From Methanobacteriota archaeon (GTDB taxonomy: Archaea; Thermoplasmatota; Poseidoniia; Poseidoniales; Poseidoniaceae), in the NCBI GenBank assembly GCA_002694585.1, contig NZMM01000091.1, forward strand, positions 1 to 32,000: a stretch of DNA of 32,000 nucleotides, read 5' to 3'. The notes beneath the pieces were generated by a model that saw nothing but the letters and a program-made list of their open reading frames with translations, was not told the origin of the DNA and did no database searches. The translations under genes and the position numbers were made by a program. Positions 23,326-31,160 of the stretch are shown piece after piece. Numbering within the stretch: position 1 is the first letter of the stretch; the number at the start of each line of letters is the position of its first letter.

Positions 23326-24045
23326 ATGAAGCGATTCTTGATGTGTCTTTTGGTCGCCGTGGCGGCTGCCGGCTGCGGTGGCGACTCTTCCGACGAACTT
23401 GAGGCCGCACTTGAGCGGATTGAGGAGCTCGAGGCGGCTCAGCAGGATGCTGCAGAGACGACGTCAACGCAGCCGACGACCACGTCGCTAGCAGCCACTA
23501 CTTCGACCACGACTGCGCCGCCGGCCACGACGACCGCGGCGCCGGCAACCACGACCACGGTGCCCGTCTGTGATGCTTCGTGGTCCGACGCACCTGATGT
23601 CACTTCGGGCTGGCCATCGGCTGCGTTCACTGCTCCCGGGCGTTCGTTGCAGGAGGAGGTCAGGATCGGAACACATCCCGGCTATGACCGCTTCCTCATC
23701 GAGTTCGAGGAGGACGGACGAACCCCGAATGGGTGGAGCGTCAGCTGGATCTTCGGGTCACCACTTCATGACGGATCTGGTGAGCCGGTCGACATGGAAG
23801 GCGATGAGTTCCTCGAAGTTCGCTATCTCGGATCAGCCGGGTGGGTGACGTATCCCGAGGCCTGGTACCAGGGACCGCAGGAATTCTTTGGCAGCACCAT
23901 TGGCGCCGGCAATCTCGTCGAGGCGGAGATGGCGGGGGACTACGAGGGCTACGTGACCTGGTACGTATCCACCCAGACGAAACGCCCGTTCAACGTCTTC
24001 ACACTGACGGGCCCGCCTCGTTTGGTCGTCGACATCTGCCACTAG
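23326..24045 (+). CDS. lipoprotein with a Thr-rich linker and a C-terminal domain of unknown function
   Basis: MKRFLMCLLVAVAAAGCGG lipobox, then SSDELEAALERIEELEAA, then the linker TTSTQPTTTSLAATTSTTTAPPATTTAAPATTTT, then RIGTHPGYDRFLIEFEEDG... Confidence 0.8.
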   Translation: MKRFLMCLLVAVAAAGCGGDSSDELEAALERIEELEAAQQDAAETTSTQPTTTSLAATTSTTTAPPATTTAAPATTTTVPVCDASWSDAPDVTSGWPSAAFTAPGRSLQEEVRIGTHPGYDRFLIEFEEDGRTPNGWSVSWIFGSPLHDGSGEPVDMEGDEFLEVRYLGSAGWVTYPEAWYQGPQEFFGSTIGAGNLVEAEMAGDYEGYVTWYVSTQTKRPFNVFTLTGPPRLVVDICH

Positions 24046-24048
24046 AGG

Positions 24049-24105
24049 GGTAGGGACACAACAGACCGGGAACAAAGCCAGCGAGCGATTGACGTTAGGG
24101 CAGCC
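24049..24105 (+). repeat. isolated fragment of the 5' module of the repeat element
   Basis: GGGACACAACAGACCGGGAACAAAGCC...TTGACGTTAGGGCAGCCCC compares with copy 1 GGGACACAAAGGGCCGAGGACAAAGCC...TTGGCTAGCAGGCCGC. No tRNA-like part or terminator follows it. Confidence 0.45.
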
Positions 24106-24149
24106 CCTCACCCAGACTTCAAAGACAGTCAAATAGAGAAGTGAGTCAG

Positions 24150-24779
24150 ATGATGAATCCCTACCCGACGCAGCGAGCAAATCGGGCCTTCAGAACACTG
24201 GTCGCTGCAGTTGCGGTCCTGTGCGTCGCTGGTTGCAGCAGTTCGGGCGACACCAGTGCAGAGGGAGCTGGCACTGTGGAGGCGGCTTCTTCAACGACTG
24301 CGTCCCCCACGACAACGGATACGCCATCGACGACGACCGAGTCGTCGACAGCGACGATTCCCGAAACGACGACTGTGCCCCCTGTGACCGTTACGACAAC
24401 AACATCCCTGCCTCACGATGACGAACCGCCAGAAGCTCCTACAGGTTTGGTTTGTCTCGGTATGGGTGGGGGCAGTATGGAAGTGCTTTTGGCCTTTGAT
24501 GCCCCGTCAGATCCGACGGATATCGAGACGATCCGTGTGTACGTCGACGAGGGGAGCGGCTTTCAACGTGTCGCCAAAACCACGATTGACGGTTCTCCGG
24601 CGTCTTTGGGCAGCGTCTTCGATCTCAACACCACCGATCCAACAACATGGTCGATGGGGGTCTTTCCAGTGCCGGACGGTGCGGAGATCGGTATCGCTGT
24701 GACGTTCGGCGACGCCGCTGGCAACGAATCGGGCTGGTATCCCATCACGGTGACGCCAACGGGCATCAGTTGCTCGTAA
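24150..24779 (+). CDS. lipoprotein with a Thr-rich linker and a beta-rich C-terminal domain of unknown function
   Basis: AVAVLCVAGCSSS lipobox. Linker SSTTASPTTTDTPSTTTESSTATIPETTTVPPVTVTTTT. The track start is GTG 24141; ATG 24150 is preferred (AGAGAAG RBS). Confidence 0.75.
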   Translation: MMNPYPTQRANRAFRTLVAAVAVLCVAGCSSSGDTSAEGAGTVEAASSTTASPTTTDTPSTTTESSTATIPETTTVPPVTVTTTTSLPHDDEPPEAPTGLVCLGMGGGSMEVLLAFDAPSDPTDIETIRVYVDEGSGFQRVAKTTIDGSPASLGSVFDLNTTDPTTWSMGVFPVPDGAEIGIAVTFGDAAGNESGWYPITVTPTGISCS

Positions 24780-24797
24780 CCCGAGTCGGCAGCGCTT

Positions 24798-24988
24798 GGC
24801 GATTGGGTGGGCGGCCCGAGGTGCTGCCGTTGGGGAGTTGACGGGGCGAGGATCCCCCGGCGTCGTTGCTTCTTGCCGGGGTGTTCTTTGTCGGTCTGGT
24901 GGACCGAAGGTCGGAGGTTCAAATCCTTTCAGTCCGACCCCTGAGAATCCCTGCTTCGGCGGGGATTCTCGCCATTTTGGGGTGGGTT
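24798..24988 (+). repeat. tRNA-Pro-3'-half/terminator element, copy 4 (central ~110 nt deleted; anticodon GGG changed to GGT)
   Basis: 5' remnant GGCGATTGGG...GGGGCGAGG. Anticodon arm TCGGT-CTGGTGG-ACCGA (24891-24907). T arm GGAGG-TTCAAAT-CCTTT (24913-24929). CAGTCCG-A-CC at 24930-24939. The terminator is identical to copy 1. Confidence 0.75.
24943..24978 (+). terminator. intrinsic terminator, same hairpin as copy 1
   Basis: GAGAATCCCTGC-TTCG-GCGGGGATTCTC followed by GCCATTTT. Confidence 0.8.
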
Positions 24989-25059
24989 GAGCGACCGACG
25001 CGATGAACCTCTAGTTGTTCGTCGGGCGGCGTGGGCGCGGCTTTGGCTATTCTCCTGCC

Positions 25060-26247
25060 ATGAAATCCGCAGCTGTTTGTCTGATTGCGGCAGTGACTTT
25101 GACGGGCTGTGGCAGCGGCAGCGGTGCTTCTTCCGACGAGCTTGACGCAGCGATTGACCGTATCGAGGAACTGGAAGAAGCGCTTGTCCGCATCGAGGAA
25201 GCGGAGCCAGCGTCGGCCGATTCGAACGGCATGGTCGAGTTGACTCCGGCGGCGGTTGGTGCGCAGTTCAGCGATGCCGTTTGGATGGTCGAAACAGGTG
25301 CCTGCGCGAATTACGCGACGGGGTCGGGGTTTGCCGTATCTGAAACCATCGTGGTGACGAACCAACATGTTGTTCAAGACGACATGGCACCGTTCCTGGC
25401 TCGCCGAGATGGTCGAAGGGTTGCCGCACGCGTCCTCGATTCGAGCGTTGAGCTTGACGTTGCCGTGCTGTCCGTCGAGGAACCGCTCGACGCCCATCTC
25501 GAATGGGTGGACCTTGACACGCTGCGTGAGGGCGACCCGGTGATCAGCCTCGGCTACCCGGCTCCGTTCAACGAGTATGCCGTCAGTCCCGGAACTCTTC
25601 TGTCGTTCATTGTCGAAGATGGCAGAAGGATTGGTGTGGTCTCAGATGAGAGCAGCGACTATGGCTCCAGCGGCGGGCCCCTTCTCACCGCTGATGGGCA
25701 CATCATCGGTGTTGTCACGGAATTCGTCGACGCAGAGCTTTCAGGTCAGACGAATGGACAGAGCTACACCTATGACCGTCTGGGCGACTTCATCGAGCAG
25801 GCAAAGCAGGCCGAACCGAAGGCTGCCTTGACATGCGATGGTTTCGAATATGGAACCAACGAAATCGCAGACTCGCTTTGGGACCTTTGCGCCGACGAGC
25901 GCTACTGGGCATGCGACAGCCTCTACGACCTGGATCAGTACCTCCCTGTCGGCGGTGAGTACTCCGACTTCGGCGCAACGTGTGGGGATCGCGTCGAGAC
26001 TGACCGCTACTGCGTCGAGGAGTTCGGAACGATGAATCCGCTGCAGTATGGGGACGATCCGTTCCTCGACGACCTGCATGATGCGTGTCTTGGCGCTGAT
26101 GGTGATGCCTGCGACACGTTGTGGATGGCAACAGTCGGGTTCGAAGACGCTGCGTACTTTGACGTCGCAGCTACCTGTGGCGGTACCGAAGAGTTCGATG
26201 TTGTGTGGTGTGGCGACATCGTCCCTGAGCTCACCGGTGACCCCTGA
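25060..26247 (+). CDS. trypsin-like (S1/S1C-type) serine protease lipoprotein with a C-terminal tandem 4-Cys module
   Basis: MKSAAVCLIAAVTLTGCGSG lipobox. Catalytic-type motifs TNQHVV (His), LDVAVL (Asp) and DYGSSGGPLL (Ser). Cys-rich tail at 25834-26211. Start taken at ATG 25060. Confidence 0.85.
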   Translation: MKSAAVCLIAAVTLTGCGSGSGASSDELDAAIDRIEELEEALVRIEEAEPASADSNGMVELTPAAVGAQFSDAVWMVETGACANYATGSGFAVSETIVVTNQHVVQDDMAPFLARRDGRRVAARVLDSSVELDVAVLSVEEPLDAHLEWVDLDTLREGDPVISLGYPAPFNEYAVSPGTLLSFIVEDGRRIGVVSDESSDYGSSGGPLLTADGHIIGVVTEFVDAELSGQTNGQSYTYDRLGDFIEQAKQAEPKAALTCDGFEYGTNEIADSLWDLCADERYWACDSLYDLDQYLPVGGEYSDFGATCGDRVETDRYCVEEFGTMNPLQYGDDPFLDDLHDACLGADGDACDTLWMATVGFEDAAYFDVAATCGGTEEFDVVWCGDIVPELTGDP

Positions 26248-26374
26248 TTTGCCCATGATGACGACCGCAGTGCCTCACGAGGCGGAGCGACGCGGATCGT
26301 GGCCGGCCGATATCTTTCCACCGACCTGATCGCTCGGGTCCTCGGAAATCAGTGCGGGCCCTAGGCTCCTCGCC

Positions 26375-27796
26375 ATGACCCCCGAGGAATTCCGCGCCGC
26401 CGCTCACGAACTGATCGACTGGCTGGTCGACCGTCGTGTCGCGATCGAAGATCGTCCCGTGCGGCCGCCCGTCGACCCGGGCGACATTCGGCGAGCGTTG
26501 CCCTCCCAACCGCCGCAGGGTGGAGATTCGGCGAGTGAGCTGATCGCCGATCTCGAATCGATCATCGCTCCGGGGATCACCGAGGTGCAGCATCCGATGC
26601 ACTTCGGCTGGTTCCCGTCGAACGCAAGCCTTTCGTCGATCCTGGGTGACTTCGCATCGTCGGGCCTCGCCTCGCTCGGCATCTCCTGGGAATCGTCACC
26701 CAGCCTCACCGAGGTTGAGGAAGTCGTGGTCGACTGGCTTCGTGAGCTGACCGGACTCAGCGATGCGTGGTCTGGTGTCATCCAGGACACGGCCTCGACT
26801 GCCTGCCTCGTCGCCATGTTGGCGGCCCGCGAGCAGGCCACCGGCCACGCCCAGACCGGGGGCGGAGTGCTCGGCTTCGGTAAACGACTCCACGTCTACA
26901 CCACCAGCGAAGCTCACTCGTCGGTGCGGAAGGGTGCCCTGCTCGCCGGCTTCGCCGCCGACGACATCCGGGTGATCGACGTTGATCCGGTCAGCCGAGA
27001 CATGCGGTCCGATGCGTTGGCCGAGACTATGGCCGCTGATGTCGCTGCCGGGGGTGTGCCAACGATCGTGGTCGCCTCGCTTGGCTCAACCAGCGTGACG
27101 GCATTCGATCCGTTGCCGGAGATCATCGATATTGCTCGCCGCCACGGCGCATGGATCCACGCCGATGCCGCAATGGCCGGCTCGGCGATGCTCCTGCCCG
27201 AGTACCGCCATCTCTTCGCAGGGATTGAGGACGCAGACTCGATCTCGTGGAACCCCCACAAGTGGATGGGCACCATCCTCGACACATCGCTGCTGTACCT
27301 GCGAGATCCGGAGCACCTGATCCGGGTGATGTCGACCAACCCGAGTTATCTGCAGTCGACCGCCGGCGGGGAGGCCACCCAGTACCGCGACTGGGGCATC
27401 CCGCTCGGGCGCCGTTTCCGAGCGCTCAAGCTCTGGTACCAACTCCGACTTGATGGTCCGGAGGCGATCCGTCAGCGACTCCGGCGCGACCTTGACAACG
27501 CACAGTGGTTCGCCGAACGCATCGCCGAGAAGCCGGGTTGGGACGTCGTGGCTCCGGTGCGGCTCCAGACCGTGTGTGTTCGCCACACACCCGCTGAGCT
27601 CGAGGGTGATGCGGCAGCGGTCAGCGGTCACAATCAGCGCTGGGTCCGTGATGTCAACGTCTCGGGCGCCGCCTTTCTGTCCCCGTCGCTGCTCGATGGC
27701 GGATGGATGGCGAGGGTGTCGATCGGTGTTGAGTCGACCGAGCGACGCCATCTCGAGCAGCTGCTCGATCTGATGGACGAACACACCCGCATCTGA
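26375..27796 (+). CDS. PLP-dependent group II (aromatic-L-amino-acid/DDC-type) decarboxylase
   Basis: HPMHFGWFPSNAS, the DAAMAGSA region, and SWNPHKWMG carrying the PLP-lysine motif. Confidence 0.9.
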   Translation: MTPEEFRAAAHELIDWLVDRRVAIEDRPVRPPVDPGDIRRALPSQPPQGGDSASELIADLESIIAPGITEVQHPMHFGWFPSNASLSSILGDFASSGLASLGISWESSPSLTEVEEVVVDWLRELTGLSDAWSGVIQDTASTACLVAMLAAREQATGHAQTGGGVLGFGKRLHVYTTSEAHSSVRKGALLAGFAADDIRVIDVDPVSRDMRSDALAETMAADVAAGGVPTIVVASLGSTSVTAFDPLPEIIDIARRHGAWIHADAAMAGSAMLLPEYRHLFAGIEDADSISWNPHKWMGTILDTSLLYLRDPEHLIRVMSTNPSYLQSTAGGEATQYRDWGIPLGRRFRALKLWYQLRLDGPEAIRQRLRRDLDNAQWFAERIAEKPGWDVVAPVRLQTVCVRHTPAELEGDAAAVSGHNQRWVRDVNVSGAAFLSPSLLDGGWMARVSIGVESTERRHLEQLLDLMDEHTRI

Positions 27797-27819
27797 ACAG
27801 GAGCTACGGCAGCTGCGGC

Positions 27820-28968
27820 TCAGTACCCGTCGGTGAGCGGACCAGCGAGACCAGGGCGGTCCGCTGCCACATGAGATGGCGTCAGCCCCAACTCAATCAG
27901 CCGATCGGGCCAGGCTGCGTCGCCGATATTCGCTGCGGTGGCTTGGGCGAGGGCGTCAGCGGTGTGGATGCCGTAGCCGCCTTGACCGACCAGCCAGTAG
28001 AAGCCATCGACGGCCGGGTCGTATCCACTGACGGGCGTGCGATCCGAGGTGAAGGTACGCAGTCCAGCCCACGTCGAGCGGACATGACGAACCTCAAGGG
28101 TCGTGAACGCTGCGAGGTTATGAAGGCCAAGCGCGACATCATGTTCTTCAGGCTTCGCATCGCACGGTTCCGAGGGCGTCTCGTCGGCCGGCGACACGAG
28201 CAGGCCGCCCGGTTCCGGTTTGCAGTAGCCGATCATGCCGCTGCGGTCATCAGGCTGGAAAGCAGTGATCGGCCAACGACGGACCTCGTCGGCGTCGAAG
28301 TGTTCGGGGATCGCCGCGATCGCAATGGTGCGGCGCAGCGGATGCAGACCGAGAGGCTGAGCGCCCGCAAGTTCGCCGATCCGGTCGCCCCAAGCCCCTG
28401 CGGCGTTGACCACCACCGGCGCTGCGAGCGTGTGTTCGCCGGCCACGACTCGCCACGAGCCCTCGGTGCGTTCAAGTGAGCGCACCGGCGCCGATGTGTG
28501 GATCGTGCCATCCGCAGCGCGAAAGCGCTGTACGAAGTTCTGGTGGTAGCTCGCGACGTCGATGTCTTTGGAGTCGGGTTCCCACAGCGCCCCGGCAATC
28601 TCGGGCCGCAGGATCGGCAGGATCTCCCGGGCCTGATCACCATCGAGGAACTCGGTTGTCGGGACAAGCGTCTTGGCGTGCTCGACCTGGGCCTTGAGTG
28701 CCTCCACGCGCGGTTCACGCCCGACCATGAGTTCCGGTCTGGGGCCGAGAAAGGGGAGCAGCGACGCTTTCGACGCGAGGGTGAGCTTGCGGACTTCGTC
28801 GTTGCCGTAATTCTCGAGGTACTGCGCCGCCGATCGCCCAGTCGTGTGGAATGCCAAGGTCGCTTCGGCCTCAACCAGCACGACCGACGCTCCCTGTTCG
28901 GCGAGTCGGGCAGCGGCGGACACGCCAGCAATCCCGCCCCCGATCACGACAACGTCACAGCTCCTCAT
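27820..28968 (-). CDS. FAD-dependent oxidoreductase (DAO family; glycine/D-amino-acid/amine oxidase-like)
   Basis: MRSCDVVVIGGGIAGVSAAARLAEQGASVVLVEAE from ATG 28968. The longer track ORF would overlap the divergent HD gene. Confidence 0.85.
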   Translation of the reverse strand: MRSCDVVVIGGGIAGVSAAARLAEQGASVVLVEAEATLAFHTTGRSAAQYLENYGNDEVRKLTLASKASLLPFLGPRPELMVGREPRVEALKAQVEHAKTLVPTTEFLDGDQAREILPILRPEIAGALWEPDSKDIDVASYHQNFVQRFRAADGTIHTSAPVRSLERTEGSWRVVAGEHTLAAPVVVNAAGAWGDRIGELAGAQPLGLHPLRRTIAIAAIPEHFDADEVRRWPITAFQPDDRSGMIGYCKPEPGGLLVSPADETPSEPCDAKPEEHDVALGLHNLAAFTTLEVRHVRSTWAGLRTFTSDRTPVSGYDPAVDGFYWLVGQGGYGIHTADALAQATAANIGDAAWPDRLIELGLTPSHVAADRPGLAGPLTDGY

Positions 28969-29002
28969 GGCCTGCACCCTAGAGCCGGAGTACCATCGCG
29001 GC

Positions 29003-29584
29003 ATGGCCATCACCGATGCGAATCCCGACAGTTTCCGCCGCATGGACGAGTCCACTGCCGAGCAGTGGGCCCACATCGGCGCCCGGACATTCGAGAACCA
29101 GGGTCGGGTCGCCGACCGGATGATCATGCTGCTCGAGTCACTCGCCGAGATCAGCGATGGCTTCATCACCGATCAGCTCACGCACTGCCTGCAGACGGCG
29201 ACGATGGCCGAGAAGGCCGGCGCCGACGACGAGATGATCTTCGGTGCGCTCATGCACGACGTCGGCAAGGCGATCTCGGTGCCCAACCACGGCGCCATCT
29301 CGGCGGAGATGATCAAGCCCTACGTGCGCGACGACGTCTACAAGGCGATCCTCAATCACCAGGACTTCCAGGGGAAGCACTACTACGGCCACTTCGGTGC
29401 CCCCACCGATCTGCGCTACACGAAGTACGACCAGACCGAGTCCTGGTGGCCGCTGTGTGCCGAGTTCACCGACGACTGGGATCAGCAGGCCTTCGACCCC
29501 GACGCCGAGACGTACCCGCTTGAGCATTTCGAGCCTCTGATCCGCAAGGTCACCGCCACCACCAAGCAGGCCCTCGGCGACTGA
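29003..29584 (+). CDS. HD-domain protein of the PhnZ/MIOX-like (putative diiron oxygenase) type
   Basis: DQLTHCLQTATMAEKAGADDEMIFGALMHDVGK...NHG...NHQ...WDQQ resembles PhnZ ([33 protein letters not shown], from memory). Start taken at ATG 29003. Confidence 0.7.
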   Translation: MAITDANPDSFRRMDESTAEQWAHIGARTFENQGRVADRMIMLLESLAEISDGFITDQLTHCLQTATMAEKAGADDEMIFGALMHDVGKAISVPNHGAISAEMIKPYVRDDVYKAILNHQDFQGKHYYGHFGAPTDLRYTKYDQTESWWPLCAEFTDDWDQQAFDPDAETYPLEHFEPLIRKVTATTKQALGD

Positions 29585-29611
29585 CACGCGGAGCGCCGCA
29601 CGTCGCGACGA

Positions 29612-30382
29612 TTAGTGCGGTGTGAGGCCGCCGTCGGCGATCAGTGCCTGGCCGGTGATGAAACTGCCGGCGTCAGAGCACAGCAGCAGCGCCGGGCCGA
29701 CCATCTCGTCGGGATCCGCGCCACGCCGCATGAACGCCGCCTTCTGCATCGACTCGACTGCTTCGGGTGGGTTGTTCATCACCATGTCGGTCATGACCGT
29801 GCCGGGAGCCAGGGCGTTGACCCGAATGCCGCTCGGCGCGAACGCTGCGGCCATCGACCGAGTGAGTCCCAGAAGCCCGGCCTTACCAGCGGAATACATG
29901 GCGCCGCTCGGGTTGAACAGGAACGCCGCCGCCGAGATGATGTTGAGCACCGCCGCATTGCCGGACGCCTCAAGATGGGGCAGCGCCCGTTCGACAAGGA
30001 ACGCTGGCCCCCGCAGGTTCGTATCGAGCGACTTGCTCCACGCCTCCTCGGTGAGATGACCGAGTGGCAAGGCCAGCGCGTTGGCGGCGCCGTTGACGAC
30101 AATGTCGATGCGACCGAAGGCCGCGACCGTCTCATCGACCAGGTTCGAGATCGAGTCGAGCTCGCCCATGTGCGTGGGAACGCCGATCGCCTCGATTCCC
30201 ATCTCGGCGAGGTGCGCGACCATGGCGTTGCAGGCGTCGGCCTTTCGGCTCGCCACGGCGATCTTGGCCCCGGCGACTCCGAACCCCTCAGCGATCGCCT
30301 TGCCGATGCCGCGGGTGCCACCGGTGATGATGGCGACCCGACCGGTCAGGTCGTGGAGGTTGTCGAGTTTTTCGCGATCCAT
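29612..30382 (-). CDS. short-chain dehydrogenase/reductase (FabG-like)
   Basis: ITGGTRGIGKAI, NGAA and YSAGKAG motifs. Confidence 0.9.
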   Translation of the reverse strand: MDREKLDNLHDLTGRVAIITGGTRGIGKAIAEGFGVAGAKIAVASRKADACNAMVAHLAEMGIEAIGVPTHMGELDSISNLVDETVAAFGRIDIVVNGAANALALPLGHLTEEAWSKSLDTNLRGPAFLVERALPHLEASGNAAVLNIISAAAFLFNPSGAMYSAGKAGLLGLTRSMAAAFAPSGIRVNALAPGTVMTDMVMNNPPEAVESMQKAAFMRRGADPDEMVGPALLLCSDAGSFITGQALIADGGLTPH

Positions 30383-30407
30383 GGTGTGGTCCTCGTGGAT
30401 ATGTGGG

Positions 30408-31136
30408 TCAGCTGGTGGTGGAGCCGCCGTTGACGGCGATGGTCTGGCCGGTGATCCACGCCGCCTCGTCGGAGGCGAGGAAGGTGACGGCGTAGCCGAT
30501 GTCGTCCGGCGTTCCGGTTCGGCCCACAGGGATCATGCGGGCCATCTTCTCGGTGATCTCGCTTGGCCCGTCCTCGCGTTCCATCAGGCCGAGAGCGAGG
30601 GTGTTGGCGGTGACCCCGTCACGGGCGGTCTCGAGCGCAAGGTGTCGCATGAACGAGATCGCGCCCCCCTTGCCGGCACCGTAGAGGGATACGCCGATGC
30701 TTTGTCCATGAGTGCCGGAGCCGGATGAGATCGTGATGACTCGTCCGTGGCCTCGCTGGCACATGCCGTCGATCACGGCACGTGTGCAGTTGAGAACGCC
30801 CACAATGTTGACGTCGAGAAAGGGAGCCCAATCGTCGGGGGTCGTCTGCCGGAAGGGCAGGGGACGCATGCTGGGCGGGATGCCGGCGTTGTTGACCAGC
30901 ACGTCGACCGGGGCGACGGCAGCGAGGGATGTGGTCACGGCCTCGAGATCGGTGACATCGAAGGGGAGCGCGAGTGCTCGTTCGCCGAGATCCGCTGCCG
31001 CAGTCATCGCCCGGTCGGGTTCGAGGTCGTTGACGTAGACGTGAGCGCCCGCATCGATCAGCACCCGGGCGATGCCGAGGCCGACACCCCGGCCCGCGCC
31101 GGTGACGAGAGCAGTGCGATCGGTGAGGTTGAACAC
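30408..31136 (-). CDS. short-chain dehydrogenase/reductase
   Basis: VTGAGRGVGLGIA, NNAG and YGAGKGG motifs. Start taken at GTG 31136 (VFNLTDRTALVTGAG). The longer track ORF would overlap the divergent SDR gene. Confidence 0.8.
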   Translation of the reverse strand: MFNLTDRTALVTGAGRGVGLGIARVLIDAGAHVYVNDLEPDRAMTAAADLGERALALPFDVTDLEAVTTSLAAVAPVDVLVNNAGIPPSMRPLPFRQTTPDDWAPFLDVNIVGVLNCTRAVIDGMCQRGHGRVITISSGSGTHGQSIGVSLYGAGKGGAISFMRHLALETARDGVTANTLALGLMEREDGPSEITEKMARMIPVGRTGTPDDIGYAVTFLASDEAAWITGQTIAVNGGSTTS

Positions 31137-31160
31137 GAGCCTGCACCGTAGTGTGCGGCC

